From the NCBI GenBank assembly GCA_965202625.1, contig CBDBBI010000010.1:896001-960000 (forward strand): 64,000 nucleotides of DNA. The letters are read 5' to 3'. The notes beneath the pieces were generated by a model. The model did not search any database and had not been told where the DNA came from. It was given only the letters and a program-made list of their open reading frames with translations. Position 1 is the stretch's first letter. The number at the start of each line of letters is the position of its first letter. Origin of the DNA: a bacterium. GTDB taxonomy: Bacteria; UBA8248. Below are positions 29,576-41,336 of this stretch, piece after piece. The position numbers and the translations under genes are program-made.

Positions 29576-31843
29576 TTAGATTGGAACCATTCGTCCGTTT
29601 TTGAATTTGGTTTTGGGGCCATTTTCTACCCTCTCAAGAAGTCTCTTTGCCAGTTCGAAGCCTCTCGTTTTGTCGATGTCCGCGTTGCTGACGTTGTAAG
29701 ACTTAGCCGGCTCAATGCAGTTCTGGCATCCTCGTCGGCATCCGCACTCCTGCGCAATTTCCATTCCTTTTTCTAACGTAATTCGCCACACGTTGAAAAG
29801 CTTTTTGGCGACGCCAATGCCGCCGGAATGATTTTCGTAATAAAAAACTGTCGGATCATCGCTAGTCCTGGACCAGGTACTGGCGTCAAAACGATCAGAT
29901 GGAATGACAAACATCGCCCCTACGCGAAGCATATGCTCAAGTGCGCCAATTCCGGCGAAGACGCCCTCATCCTGCGGAAGTTTGACCAAGAAAGCATGCA
30001 GGCCGTTCTGGGAGTATGACGACTCGGCACCCCCCTTCCCCATCTCTTCCCCGCTGCGTTCGTCTATACGTTTGTAGCCGGTGAAATTCGTTATCATATC
30101 CAGAGAGCCGTAATGGACTTCGACGTCCCCGTAGCCGAAACCATCGAAAATGTCCTTTTCATATAGAGCAGAGTAGAACCCGGCTTCAGTTCTATGAGAA
30201 GACTCGGCACCGGTCACATCGGTCAGCACAACAGCCTTTTCTTCGTGGGAACTCACGCGGTATTTCCGGCCGAAGAAGGTGAAGATGGCGCCAATGTATG
30301 CCTCTCGGAAGCGTCGCATCGCCGAGATTTTCCCTATCTCCTCCTCGCCGCGCTTCAGATGGAAAGATTGCCCGAAACCGCCGCGCAGTTTCAGCCCCGG
30401 GTGGGGTTTGTATCCGCCTTTGGGCGGCTTTCCTCCATTCTTCGCCGCCTTATAAAATGCGCTGCCAAGAATGGCCTCATCAGATGGCCGCACGTCTCCA
30501 CCCGTTTCTTCCACAATCATAGGCAGGTGATTGCGAATCAATGCTTCGTTGTCCGGATCAATGACCAGCTCATCAAAGGGCTTGTTCAGAAAGGCGTCCA
30601 GTTTGCCTACGTAAAAACGGTCAATCGGGTCGTTCATGGCGTAGAACAGCACGAAGGCGTCTTTGTCCCAACTACGCCCGGCGCGTCCGATTTGCTGCCA
30701 GGCAGACGATATCCTGGGCGGAAAACCGGCCAGAATGATTCCATCCAGTCCCCCAATATCCAGCCCCAGCTCCAGGGCGTTGGTCGTAAACACCATGTTG
30801 ATGTCGCCGGCCTTCACCTTCTGCTGGATCTCCTGCCGGTTTTCACTTTTCAGGTCGGCGTGAAACGCGGATATTCGTTTCGGGTTCAAGCCATGCTTCT
30901 TCGCCTTGCGTTGACAATCCCTGAACGCGTCTTCAAGAAACCGCTTCGTGGGACAGAACACCAGCGCCTGCAGTCCTTCCTCAAGAATACATAACGCCGT
31001 GTTCTCAACACGCAGTCGGAGAGAATCCCTATATCTGAAGTCCGGAATGTCTGGTTTGACAAAGACAAAATGCCGCTTCGGGCGGAATACGTCTCTTGCG
31101 GATACCAACTCCACATTGCGTCGCCCGGTGAGATTCCTAGCGTGCTCTTCCGGGTTCGCGCAGGTCGCCGTTGAGAGAAACACGCGAGGAGACGCCCCGA
31201 TTCGATCCAAATGCAGAAAGAATCGTCGCAGCAAAAGCGCCATGTTCCCGCCGAAAAAGCCGTGGTATTCGTGTATCTCGTCAATGACCACATAGCGCAG
31301 TTTACGCAGAAAATTTTACCACTGCTCCTTATAGGCCAAGAACGACATGTTCAGGTATTCAGGATTGGTCAGCAAAATCTGCGGTGGGTTTTTCCGCAAC
31401 AAGTCTCTGTGTTCTTTTTTGATATCGCCGTCGTAAGGAAACGATTCAATCTTCAGCAGCTCGCAGAGTTCTCGTATCTGCTCTCGCTGATCGAATGCGA
31501 GCGCCTTCATCGGGTAAAGCATCAGCGCGTGGGAGCCGGAATTGCGCACCAAAGCGTCGAGCATAGGAGCGATGAACGCCAGTGTCTTACCGCTGGCGGT
31601 GGGTGATTCTATCACCACGTCAGCGCCATTGAGAGACCTGGTGATGGCGTCGGCCTGGTGTCGATAGAGGTGAGATACTCCGGTATCCCGCACGGCTCTG
31701 CGAACTGACGGATCCAGCGCCGGCCACTCGACTGCGCATTTCGGGGCAATGCGGTCGACCGTACGAGTTGATATCATGTCCTTGTCGCGTAACGCATCAA
31801 ATTCTTTCAGATTTGCTGTGAATTCTTGAATATCCATTTCCAT
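29576..31843 (-). pseudogene. DEAD/DEAH helicase with DUF1998 (Hrq1/MrfA-like), split by one in-frame TAA
   Basis: Motifs LYRHQ, PTASGKT, DEIH, SAT, TNALELGLDIG, QQIGRAGR and C-terminal CGCRRGCQNC; both ORFs are in the same frame and read YKEQW*NFLRKLRYVVIDE across 31316-31318. Confidence 0.88.
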
Positions 31844-31854
31844 TTAAGCCGCTC

Positions 31855-32637
31855 CTAAACCTGAATGGCTCCGCACGAGATGGTATATGCCTGTCCGGTG
31901 ATCCCGCCCGCCTCCTCGCTGGCGAGGTAAGCGGCCATCGACGCAATTTCCTCCGGCGCGAGAAAGCGGCGCATCGGAATGTCCTCGCGCAAACAATTCA
32001 CCGTCTTCTCTCCGCTGTCTTCATCACCCGCATAACGGGCGAAACCCTTTTTGAGCGTGGCGATCATCTCCGTGTCCACGAAGCCAGGACAAATCGCATT
32101 CACGGTAACGCCCTTGTCCGCCACCTCAAGGGCAACCGAGCGAACCAGACCGAGGACGCCGTGTTTCGCTGCGTGATAGGCGCATCGGTTCGCCCCTCCA
32201 ATTTTTCCTGATACCGAACTGATCGCGATGAGACGGCCCCACCCGCGATCGCTCATCCCCCCAATCGACGCGCGAAAAGCGTAAAAAACGCCGTCCAGAT
32301 TCACCCGCATGGCCTCATCCCAAAGGGCGTTCGTAGTCTCATGAAGCGGTGCATGGAGGAGGACGCCCGCGTTGGCGACCAGAATATCGACCCCTTCCAA
32401 ATCCTGGCTCACACGACGAAGTGCGTCTTCCACGCTCTGCGAATTCCCCACGTCGCAGGCTATCGCAAGGGATCGCCTCCCCTTGCCCCTCACTTCATCC
32501 GCTACCGATTCAATTTCAGAGCGCGTTCTCGCGGCCACGGCCACATCCGCCCCCTCATCAGCAAACTTAAGGGCGATGGCCCGGCCAATGCCGCGCCCGC
32601 CACCAGTGACGAACGCTTTTTTTCCATCAAACCGCAT
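31855..32637 (-). CDS. SDR family oxidoreductase
   Basis: TGGGRGIG, ANAG, YHAAKHG and VNAICPG motifs. Confidence 0.93.
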   Translation of the reverse strand: MRFDGKKAFVTGGGRGIGRAIALKFADEGADVAVAARTRSEIESVADEVRGKGRRSLAIACDVGNSQSVEDALRRVSQDLEGVDILVANAGVLLHAPLHETTNALWDEAMRVNLDGVFYAFRASIGGMSDRGWGRLIAISSVSGKIGGANRCAYHAAKHGVLGLVRSVALEVADKGVTVNAICPGFVDTEMIATLKKGFARYAGDEDSGEKTVNCLREDIPMRRFLAPEEIASMAAYLASEEAGGITGQAYTISCGAIQV

Positions 32638-33724
32638 GTATATCTTCCCCACCCCCCGTCGCTCGGGGGCGCGATGCAAGCGCATCAAAAAACATCTCCA
32701 CCTGCTGAATGACGGCGTCCATGTCGCTCATATGATTCACTTTCTCCCGCATTGAAGAACCCCCGCGAAGCCCTTTCGTGTATGCCGGCAGATGCTTTCG
32801 GGAATGGAGCACGGCGCGCCGCTCGCCCAGCACGGCCCGCAGATGCTTGAAGTGACGCAACACCATTTTCTTCCTGTCCATCAAGTCTGGCGGCCCGGGC
32901 AATTCTCCCGTTTTGAGCCAATGCAAGAGTCGCGAGAAAATCCACGGATTCCCAATGGCGCCCCGTCCTATCATCAGAGCGTCCACGCCCGTGTGACGAA
33001 TCATTGAAATCGCGTCTTGAGGACTCAGAATGCTGCCATTCCCCACCACGGGAACCCGCACCGCGCGCTTCACCCGCGCGATGGCCTCTAAATCCACCGC
33101 GCCGCTGAACATGGCTTGCCGGGTTCTGCCGTGAACGGTGATGGCTCGGGCGCCGGCGTCCTCAACCGTTTTGGCGAAAACCTCTGCTGAATCCTTCTCA
33201 ATGGTATCCCAGCCGGTACGCATCTTCACCGTCACGGGTATGCGCACCGCGTCAACCATGGCCGAGACGATTTTATGCACCCGCTCGGGGCACCGCAAAA
33301 GAGAAGAACCCGCCATGTTCTTCGTTATCTTCTTGACCGGGCACCCACAGTTGAGATCCACAATGTCGGCGCCCGCCTCCTCTACCATAGCCGCCGCCTC
33401 ACCCATTTGAATGGGATCAGAGCCGAACAATTGTATGGAAACCGGTTTTTCGACGGCCTCGCTTCGCATCAGGTCATATGTCTTTTTGTGGCGTCGGAGC
33501 AAGGCCTGGCTGCTCACCATCTCGGTGGCCACCAACGCCGCGCCATGGGCCTTCGCCAACGAGCGAAAGGGCAGATTCGTATACCCCGCCATGGGCGCCA
33601 TCAAGAGCCTGTTCTTGATGATGACCCCGCCTATGTGGAAGGGACGATCAAAACCCCTGGGCGGAGGGGAAACCATGCGTAGAGGCGTCTCATTGGCATT
33701 GGGGCCTGCTTCCTCTGGGCGCAT
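32627..33724 (-). CDS. dusB: tRNA-dihydrouridine synthase B
   Basis: MAPMAG, TEMVS, DLNCGCP, TVKMRTGWD, HGRT and MIGRG motifs; start uncertain. Confidence 0.93.
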   Translation of the reverse strand: MRPEEAGPNANETPLRMVSPPPRGFDRPFHIGGVIIKNRLLMAPMAGYTNLPFRSLAKAHGAALVATEMVSSQALLRRHKKTYDLMRSEAVEKPVSIQLFGSDPIQMGEAAAMVEEAGADIVDLNCGCPVKKITKNMAGSSLLRCPERVHKIVSAMVDAVRIPVTVKMRTGWDTIEKDSAEVFAKTVEDAGARAITVHGRTRQAMFSGAVDLEAIARVKRAVRVPVVGNGSILSPQDAISMIRHTGVDALMIGRGAIGNPWIFSRLLHWLKTGELPGPPDLMDRKKMVLRHFKHLRAVLGERRAVLHSRKHLPAYTKGLRGGSSMREKVNHMSDMDAVIQQVEMFFDALASRPRATGGGEDIHAV

Positions 33725-33749
33725 CAGATTGGGACCTGAAAAACACCGT

Positions 33750-34880
33750 TCATTTCGCGCTCTCTTCCAATTCCCAAGATGGATTCGCATCCATATCCAT
33801 AAAATCCATAAAATGCGCGCGACCGCGCTCCTTCAACCGAAAGGCGCCAGCGCAAGCGATCATCGCGGCGTTATCGGTGCAGAACTCGCGCGCCGGAAAA
33901 TGGAGGGACCAACCTTCTTTCTCCGCCCTTGCGCTCAACTGCGTGCGCAAATACGAATTCGCGGCCACGCCCCCACTCAGGGAGACAGCGGATAACCTCT
34001 CCTTTTGGAGCACCACACTCACCTTCTCCACCAAAACCGCCACCGCCGCTTCTTGAAAACCTGCGGCCACTGCGCACGCCACCTCCCGGGGAACCTTCTG
34101 AGGGCGCGCCCAGGGCGGGAGGTTTCGATCGCTTAAATATAATCCTCTTTCCTTTTGATGGTTTAACACGGCCGTTTTCAATCCACTGAAGCTGAAGGAA
34201 TAAGGTCTGTCCTGGAGAAATGGTCTAGGAAATTCCACGGGGCTCACATTCTGCTCATCCCCCTTCAAAAACTTCGAATGCAATCGATCAACGATGGGGC
34301 CGCCCGGATAGCCCAGCCCCATGATAGCCCCCACCTTGTCATACGCCTCGCCCAAAGCGTCATCCAGCGTCCCTCCCAGATGCGTCACCTCGGCATGCCC
34401 ATCCACACGGTAGAAATCCGTATGTCCACCCGAAACCACAAACCCCAGGTGGGGAAACGAAGGTAGAGCGTCGTTCTCATCCTCTGAGGGCAGGTAAAGC
34501 GAGTGAATGTGCCCGTCGAGATGATGAACGCCGACGAGCGGAACTCCCAGGCTCCAAGCCAACCCTTTCGCGGCGGACAGACCCACGAGCAGAGCCACCA
34601 CCAAGCCGGGCCCGCGCGTCACCGCTATGGCTTCAACCTCCTCCATGGAAATCGACGCTTCCACAAAAGCCGTTTCCAGCACAGGCGTGATCATCTCCAC
34701 GTGTCGGCGCGCCGCCAGTTCAGGAACCACGCCGCCAAATCGCGCATGAACGTCATCCTGCGAGGCCACCACGTTGGACAAAACCCTGGGGGCAGAACCA
34801 TCTGAAAGATCGAGAACGGACGCCGCCGTCTCATCGCAACTCGTCTCAACGCCTAAAACATACACCGTTGTCCTCTCCAC
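33750..34880 (-). CDS. tsaD: tRNA N6-adenosine threonylcarbamoyltransferase
   Basis: GVETSCDET, GGVVPELAARRH, HHLDGH, SGGHT, FSFSGLKT and TDNAAMI motifs. Confidence 0.97.
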   Translation of the reverse strand: MERTTVYVLGVETSCDETAASVLDLSDGSAPRVLSNVVASQDDVHARFGGVVPELAARRHVEMITPVLETAFVEASISMEEVEAIAVTRGPGLVVALLVGLSAAKGLAWSLGVPLVGVHHLDGHIHSLYLPSEDENDALPSFPHLGFVVSGGHTDFYRVDGHAEVTHLGGTLDDALGEAYDKVGAIMGLGYPGGPIVDRLHSKFLKGDEQNVSPVEFPRPFLQDRPYSFSFSGLKTAVLNHQKERGLYLSDRNLPPWARPQKVPREVACAVAAGFQEAAVAVLVEKVSVVLQKERLSAVSLSGGVAANSYLRTQLSARAEKEGWSLHFPAREFCTDNAAMIACAGAFRLKERGRAHFMDFMDMDANPSWELEESAK

Positions 34881-34884
34881 ATCT

Positions 34885-35700
34885 TTGCGGCGGTCTCAAC
34901 CCCTTGACTCCATGGGGAGCATCGCCCCTTCGCGCCCGCCCAACACCCATTCGCGTGCGGGCAAATCCGCGAACATGAACACATCATCAACGAAAATCGC
35001 CGCGTGGAAAAGGCGGCGCACGCGGAATTTTTCATCTGCTACGCTTGCCCCCTAGAACGGGAACACGGGGAGCGTGAGACGTTCGCCCAGTGAAAGTTTG
35101 TCCGCGGCGAGCTGGGGGCATGGACAGAGGACGATCTCGGTAGATGTAGGCAGCGTCTATAGCTTGTGAGATTTCGGGGAGAGACGCTTCTCGCAAGCTT
35201 TCCTCGTTGCCGGAGCGATGAGACGCAAGAACCAAGCAACAATCCTCTCGGCGACGAAGATGAGCTACACAATGCTCTTAGCCCACCAAGGAGCAGCGGG
35301 AGAAGGGTGAGAGCCTTGAGAGCTCCTTATTTTTCAGCGAGTTCGGCAAAGACAGGTGCGTGAAAATGCGCTCCCCCGCTAGATCGCATGGGTTTAGCAC
35401 GTCCTTCCAACCCTTTTTCTCCGACTAGTCTCACGACTTGAGTAAAATCTGCGGCATCATATATCCTTCTTGCGTATTCTTCCAGCCACCTTGGGGTGTG
35501 ATTTTCACCAGTTCTTCGGAAACCTATTCAGCCATATCGCCGTAAAGCGTTGGAGACAAATGGGCGCACGATGCTTTACTTCCTCAAGGCGATGAGGGCA
35601 ACTACTGAAAACCGGGCGCGTCCAAGCGTCGCTGTGAGGAAGCGCGGGCCGAAATTGCGCGTGAGAGAAACGCTGGATTCAAAAACGTTCTGCCTGTTCC
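34885..35700 (-). pseudogene. Probable eroded gene of unknown identity
   Basis: About 820 bp without a long ORF inside a co-oriented ctpA-tsaD run; short protein-like minus-strand pieces interrupted by stops; family not recognised. Confidence 0.4.
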
Positions 35701-35710
35701 TCGCGTGGCT

Positions 35711-37027
35711 TTAAGCACCCATCTCTTTTTTGAAAAACGAATTTTTTAGATACTTCACGGCGCGTTCCAGTTGGGTGTCTTCCTTCCGCCCGTCAGGAGT
35801 TCGCGACGGACGGGCGCGAACGTCCGGGAAAACATCTTCTCTCTCCCCTTGTCTCTCAGAATTGCTGGGCAGATGACCGGGCAAATACTTCTCTCGCAGA
35901 GTGTGCGCGCCGCCGGAGGGGTTTCCCTCCATCTCGCTGACAATATCGGGATCAATTCCCTCACCTTGAATGCGTTTTCCTTTCGGCGTGTAATACAAAG
36001 CGGTCGTCAATCTCAGGCCAGAACCATCCGAGAGGGAAACGACCGTTTGCACCGAACCTTTTCCAAACGTCTTCACTCCGATGATTTTCGCTCTACTCAG
36101 ATCCTGAAACGCGCCCGCAACAATTTCTGAGGCGCTGGCGCTTCCCGCGTTCACGAGAATCGCCATGGGAATTTTGCCGCCCTGCGTCTTGATAGTGGAA
36201 GTAAAACGATGCGCTTGATTCGGCATACGGCCCTCGGTATAGACGATCAGATTTCCCGCTTCCAAGAATATGTCAGACACCGAAACCGCCTGGGAAAGGA
36301 GGCCCCCCGGATTGTTCCTCAAATCCAGCACCAAGGCTTTAACCCCCTTCTCCTGAAGCGAAAACAAAGCGTCTTTCACCTCCTTGTCCGTGGAACTCTG
36401 GAAACTGCGAATCCGTATATATCCGATTTGATCGGGCAACATCCGACTTCTCACACTCTTGATGCGAATGATCTGACGAGTAATCGTGAAGTTGAGCGGT
36501 TTACTCTCGCCTTTTCGCACCACCGTGATCTTCACTTTCGTGCCAGGCTGCCCCCGAAGCCGTTTGACAACCTCCTGGAGCACCATATCTTTTGTCGATT
36601 TTTTCTCGATGCGGATGATTTGATCACCCGCCTGGACGCCAACCTTATAGGCTGGAGTGTCCTCAATGGGCGTCACCACGGTGAGAACGCCATTACGAAT
36701 CGAAATCTCCACACCCAAGCCGCCGAAACGGCCCGAGGTTTCCAACTGCATTTCCTTAAAATACTCGGGGCTCAGATAGCTCGTGTGAGGGTCCAGCGTA
36801 CGCAGCATTCCCCGGATGGCACCCCGAATCAATTTCTTGGCGTCTATCTTGTTGACATAATTCTCCTCGACCAAGCTCAAGACCTCGCTGAAAGCTCTCA
36901 GCTCCGAATACGCGCTCGTCTCACTTGATGCGAGATTCACACCGGGGCCCATGACCAGCCCCACAACGAGCAAAGCCAAAATGCTCGCCCCAACCAACCA
37001 CCCAGAGAAACGATGTTTTCTCAACAT
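35711..37027 (-). CDS. ctpA: Carboxyl-terminal processing protease (S41)
   Basis: LDPHTSYL, PDZ FGGLG, DLRNNPGGLL, SASASEIVAGA and TFGKGSVQ motifs. Confidence 0.95.
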   Translation of the reverse strand: MLRKHRFSGWLVGASILALLVVGLVMGPGVNLASSETSAYSELRAFSEVLSLVEENYVNKIDAKKLIRGAIRGMLRTLDPHTSYLSPEYFKEMQLETSGRFGGLGVEISIRNGVLTVVTPIEDTPAYKVGVQAGDQIIRIEKKSTKDMVLQEVVKRLRGQPGTKVKITVVRKGESKPLNFTITRQIIRIKSVRSRMLPDQIGYIRIRSFQSSTDKEVKDALFSLQEKGVKALVLDLRNNPGGLLSQAVSVSDIFLEAGNLIVYTEGRMPNQAHRFTSTIKTQGGKIPMAILVNAGSASASEIVAGAFQDLSRAKIIGVKTFGKGSVQTVVSLSDGSGLRLTTALYYTPKGKRIQGEGIDPDIVSEMEGNPSGGAHTLREKYLPGHLPSNSERQGEREDVFPDVRARPSRTPDGRKEDTQLERAVKYLKNSFFKKEMGA

Positions 37028-37167
37028 CTCTCACTCCTCGACAAACGACGCAAAAAAGCAATTTTACTTCACTCTTTCAAAGAAAACCACACCAGCCGGC
37101 CGACTCATGTCGCCTTAAACGTTATGTGAGGGAGGGAATTCAGGTGATGGAGGGAACGTTTTTGAAA

Positions 37168-39171
37168 TCACGAACCAACGATGTTTTTCGTTTGCTCCAC
37201 GATATTCTTGGACGTGAGATGAAAATGCTCATATATCTCTTGATAAGGGGCGCTGGTGCCAAAATGGTCCAGCCCAATAACGATCCCGTGCTCTCCCACC
37301 CACTCACGCCAGCCCATCGTGGCGCCCGCCTCAATCGCCACTTTCGCCTTCACTTCCGACGGAAGGATGGCATTCCGATAGGAACAGGGCTGGGCCTGAA
37401 AAAGCTCCCAACTCGGCATACTCACAACCCGAGCGTCGACGCCGTCCCTCAGCAATTCGTTTTTCGCTTCTATCGCGAGATGGACTTCTGATCCAGTAGC
37501 TATCAATATAGCGTGAGGGACGTTTCCTCTCTCAGGCAAGACGACATAGGCACCTCGGGCCAGCGCGTCCGCCTCATTTCCTTCGTAACGCTCCAAGATG
37601 GGCAAACTCTGTCGGGTCAATACGAGCATGGTCGGACCGTCGAGGCGTTCAATCGCCACTCGCCAAGCCGCTGCGGTTTCATTTGCATCACATGGCCGTA
37701 TGATGGTGAGGCCTGGCATAGCGCGCAGCGAGGCGAGGTGCTCGATGGGCTGGTGTGTAGGGCCATCCTCGCCCAAGCCAACCGAGTCATGCGTCATCAC
37801 ATAGATGACGGGCAACTCCATCAGCGCTGCGAGACGTATGGCTGGGCGGGCGTAATCGGTGAACGTGAAGAAAGTGGCCGCATAAGGGCGAACACTCCCA
37901 TGTAAGGCCATTCCCGAGCAGGCGGCGCCCATGGCGTGTTCTCTAACACCCCAATAAACGTTGCGGCTGGCGTAATCTCCTTTCGCGAAATTTCCCGACT
38001 CTTTGATCAGCGAGTTGTTAGAAGCCGCCAAATCAGCGCTCCCGCCCATCAGCCAGGGAACGATGGACGCGATTTCATTCAACACCTTGCCAGACGCCGC
38101 GCGCGTGGCAAGCGCTCCGTCGTCAGCGTCAAATCGGGGTATGCAGCGCTTCCAACCGACTGGCGGCTTGTCTTGAAGCGCTGCCTCGAACTTCGCGGCC
38201 CACTCGGGATGCTCTGACTGATATCTGACAAACCGTCGATTCCAATCCTCCTCAAGCGCAGCACCGCGGGAAATCGCCTCTCCCATATGAGCAGACACTT
38301 CATCCGGCACCAGAAACGCTTCGCCCTCAGGCCAGCCGTAATTTCTTTTCGTGGACTTGATTTCCTCATCCCCCAAAGGGGCGCCATGAGCGCGCGCCGT
38401 ATCCTGATAGCGAGGCGATCCATATCCGATGTGCGAACGCACAATAAGTAAAGAGGGGCGCTCGACCTCCGCCTTCGCTCTATCAAACGCACCAGCGATC
38501 TGTGACAACTCCTCAGCACTGTCCCCCAGATTCTGCACATGCCAGTCGTAGCTCTCAAAACGCTTCACTACGTCATCGGAGCAGCTCAAAGATGTTTCCC
38601 CGTCTATGGTGATGCGGTTGTCGTCGTATACACATATCAATTTGCCTAAACCCAGATGCCCCGCCAGAGACGCCGCCTCATGAGATGCGCCCTCCATCAT
38701 ATCTCCATCGCTCAAGAACACGTAAGTGCGATGGTCGACGATCTTGTGGCCTCTCCTATTAAAAATGCTCGCCAAATGCGATTCCGCCATAGCCATGCCC
38801 ACCGCATTCATGAACCCCTGGCCAAGAGGCCCAGTGGTAGTCTCCACGCCCGGCGTACGCCCATATTCTGGATGCCCCGGCGTCTGGCTTCCCCATTGGC
38901 GAAAACGCCTGATCTCATCAAGCGAAAGTTCATAGCCGGTCAAATGAAGCACCGCGTAAAGAAGCATCGACGCGTGCCCACACGAGAGCACGAAGCGGTC
39001 GCGGTCAAACCAGTCGGGATTTTGAGGGTTATAACGAAGATGATTCATCCATAGTTCATAGGCCAGTGGCGCCAGGGCCATGGGAGTCCCCGGGTGGCCG
39101 CTGTTCGCCTTTTGCACCGCATCCATTGAGAGCGTACGTATGGTGTGAATGGACAATTCGGTCGCGCCCAT
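37168..39171 (-). CDS. tkt: Transketolase
   Basis: [33 protein letters not shown] and [16 protein letters not shown] motifs; start could be 39210. Confidence 0.98.
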   Translation of the reverse strand: MGATELSIHTIRTLSMDAVQKANSGHPGTPMALAPLAYELWMNHLRYNPQNPDWFDRDRFVLSCGHASMLLYAVLHLTGYELSLDEIRRFRQWGSQTPGHPEYGRTPGVETTTGPLGQGFMNAVGMAMAESHLASIFNRRGHKIVDHRTYVFLSDGDMMEGASHEAASLAGHLGLGKLICVYDDNRITIDGETSLSCSDDVVKRFESYDWHVQNLGDSAEELSQIAGAFDRAKAEVERPSLLIVRSHIGYGSPRYQDTARAHGAPLGDEEIKSTKRNYGWPEGEAFLVPDEVSAHMGEAISRGAALEEDWNRRFVRYQSEHPEWAAKFEAALQDKPPVGWKRCIPRFDADDGALATRAASGKVLNEIASIVPWLMGGSADLAASNNSLIKESGNFAKGDYASRNVYWGVREHAMGAACSGMALHGSVRPYAATFFTFTDYARPAIRLAALMELPVIYVMTHDSVGLGEDGPTHQPIEHLASLRAMPGLTIIRPCDANETAAAWRVAIERLDGPTMLVLTRQSLPILERYEGNEADALARGAYVVLPERGNVPHAILIATGSEVHLAIEAKNELLRDGVDARVVSMPSWELFQAQPCSYRNAILPSEVKAKVAIEAGATMGWREWVGEHGIVIGLDHFGTSAPYQEIYEHFHLTSKNIVEQTKNIVGS

Positions 39172-39322
39172 GCGGGAGAGGGACTCTTTCTCTTTTGAGG
39201 GTGGCGTCATGCTGGATATATCTGTATACGGAAAGGACGCATGAAAAAGCCGGACCCCACGAATCGTCCAGTCATCACACACCAAGATTTCGAAAGACCT
39301 GTTGCGCATGCCGCATAATGGG

Positions 39323-40399
39323 TTATCCGTTCACTTTGCACCGCTGCAGAGTTTCGAGCCAACTTTCCAGAATTTCCACGACTTGCTGGTCCGCAAGACT
39401 GAGAAACGAAACTGATTCGTCTTTATCGTTTTCCACAAACTCGCGCAAGAGCGGCGTGGCGGATTCTACCATTTTCCCCTCAAGCGCCAAGATTCGCTCA
39501 AATACCCAGGAGGCGCGCCGCCCCAGAGAGAGCACCTTTTGGCACACGTCCAGCGCCTGAGCGTCATTCCCTTCCTCAATGTAGAGATCGATCATCTTCA
39601 TAAGGATGGAATCGGCGTCTTCGCGTTCAACAACGTCCTCCTCGTCGCCTTCATCCACTTCCGTATCCTCGGGCACGATAGCATCCGCTTTTATCTCAGC
39701 GGTCCCGTCTTCGACGCTTTTTATCCCTCCGGCCAGCAAATCAAGGTTCGCTACGATCTCCGGATACACCGTAGGCTCGCCTGCATCCACGCCCTGCACC
39801 ATCTGCTCTTGTATAGCGGCTAATCTCGCCGTCCACTCCACATTCGCAGGCTCAGCCTTCAAAAGCCGCATATAGATGTCTCGCGCCTCACCAAGGTGGC
39901 CCTGGGCTTCATACAGTTCAGCAAGAGATGGTGTGAGCACGGCGTCCACGCCATATTCAGACCCACTAGCGAAAGGAAGGATACCCGCATCGGAATCGGC
40001 CACCGCGCCTGGGGCAGCCGCTTCATCGAACCCAAACATATCGGCCACGCGCAATGCCCTTTGAGCGGCCGCCTCATCGCCTTTCCTCTGATGGCACAAG
40101 GCGAACAAGCGCTGCCCTAAAATGTTCCACGGAGCGATTTCTAGAGCTTTTTCAATGAAACGGAGCGCTTCCTGATCCTCGCCCTTCGAGAGCAATATCT
40201 CTCCGAGCAGCACACCTGCGGCTGCGTAGTGAGGATGAATAGCGAGCCCATTTCTCAAAAGGGCTTCCGCACAGCCTACCTCATCCCTCTCCCATAAAAG
40301 GGACGCCAAAGGAAAGAAGGCGGCCGAGGAAGGGGATTGTTCCAAACGCTTTTCCAAAGCTTTAATTCGGGCGTCTGGATTACGCAACCGAACTACCAT
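39323..40399 (-). CDS. TPR-containing protein with acidic linker
   Basis: [10 protein letters not shown]...[12 protein letters not shown]-terminus, [13 protein letters not shown] motif and LESWL C-terminus. Confidence 0.78.
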   Translation of the reverse strand: MVVRLRNPDARIKALEKRLEQSPSSAAFFPLASLLWERDEVGCAEALLRNGLAIHPHYAAAGVLLGEILLSKGEDQEALRFIEKALEIAPWNILGQRLFALCHQRKGDEAAAQRALRVADMFGFDEAAAPGAVADSDAGILPFASGSEYGVDAVLTPSLAELYEAQGHLGEARDIYMRLLKAEPANVEWTARLAAIQEQMVQGVDAGEPTVYPEIVANLDLLAGGIKSVEDGTAEIKADAIVPEDTEVDEGDEEDVVEREDADSILMKMIDLYIEEGNDAQALDVCQKVLSLGRRASWVFERILALEGKMVESATPLLREFVENDKDESVSFLSLADQQVVEILESWLETLQRCKVNG

Positions 40400-40449
40400 A
40401 AGATTTTGATTCTCGGCGGGGGGAAGAGTGCACATACTCATCCCGACAA

Positions 40450-40478
40450 ATCTTAGCAAAGAGGTTTCATTCTGACAA
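40450..40478 (-). promoter_or_regulatory. Sigma70-like promoter for TPR-tkt
   Basis: Minus strand TTGTCA-N17-TAAGAT. Confidence 0.55.
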
Positions 40479-40537
40479 GGCCGCATTCCGTTATCGTCAT
40501 CGAAACACTCGTGTAAGCATTCGTTCCGAAGTAGTAC

Positions 40538-40987
40538 TTACCATGAAACATCAACAATGGCGATGGCGTTCACCTCAATGAGGCAACGTGGATCTGTCGC
40601 CAGTTGAACAACTTGTACGGTCGTGGTGGTTGGCTTGTTTTCTCCAAAATACTCCGTCCATACTTGGTTCAGAGCGTTCTGCTCCGAGAGGTCGGTCAAA
40701 AATCGATTCGCCGTAACAATATCTCCAAAATCCCCACCCACCGTTTCAAGACTTTTCTTTAAGTTCTCTAGCACCGTTCGGGCCTGCCCTTCCATATCGT
40801 GAGGCATTGCAGCGAATTCCTCTGGCCGATGGGGGTGATTGTGATAGACGGGCGCTGCGGTTACCCCAGATAGAAATACGAGACTGCCTCCCGTAACCTT
40901 GATAGCTGGAGCATAAGGCATCCACAGATCAGGGGCGTTCGGCCAATGGAGGTGTTCTATTTTTTTGCGCATTTTGATTTTCCCCAT
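40538..40987 (-). CDS. RidA/YjgF/UK114 family protein
   Basis: YAPAIKV, VFLSG, QARTVLENL and LIEVNAIA motifs; PTTT in place of the catalytic Arg motif. Confidence 0.88.
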   Translation of the reverse strand: MGKIKMRKKIEHLHWPNAPDLWMPYAPAIKVTGGSLVFLSGVTAAPVYHNHPHRPEEFAAMPHDMEGQARTVLENLKKSLETVGGDFGDIVTANRFLTDLSEQNALNQVWTEYFGENKPTTTTVQVVQLATDPRCLIEVNAIAIVDVSW

Positions 40988-41336
40988 ATTCAAAAATCCA
41001 CCTTTCAAATACTCTCATACTCTCACCCGGCCCACCAAAAGACCCTCGCCCTCCTTATCAGGAAAAACAGAGGAAGTATCTCTCCCTAAATTCCCCAAAC
41101 GTTGAAAGGCAAGGAAAATGCTGAGTCGAATTTTCATGCTTCTCGCACCATACCTTATCATCACCGCATACAGGGGTCTTTGCGGTTGGTCTCTTAATCT
41201 TCATTTTTCAAAAACACTCGCGCGTTTCATCATGGAGGAACAGAGAAGATACACCCTCTACACATGTTTACAGCCCGTGGAATCTATTCAATAATCCTCG
41301 GAATTTTTCTTCTTCTCCCTACCTAAAGGATATCGC

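Noticed and set aside
30194-30994. Long plus-strand ORF (266 aa); similar ORFs at 36209-36928 and 62263-63312
   Set aside because: Antisense shadows of well-supported minus-strand genes, with no recognisable motifs
29576-31843. Complete DISARM or other defence island, or stop-codon reassignment
   Set aside because: No methylase, nuclease or SNF2 partners nearby; TAA ends many intact genes in this window, so it is a normal stop
41009-41336. Riboswitch upstream of the Rid gene (AAAGACCC/GGGTCTTT and ACCGCA/TGCGGT pairings)
   Set aside because: No known aptamer consensus; short pairings are explicable by chance in a divergent promoter region
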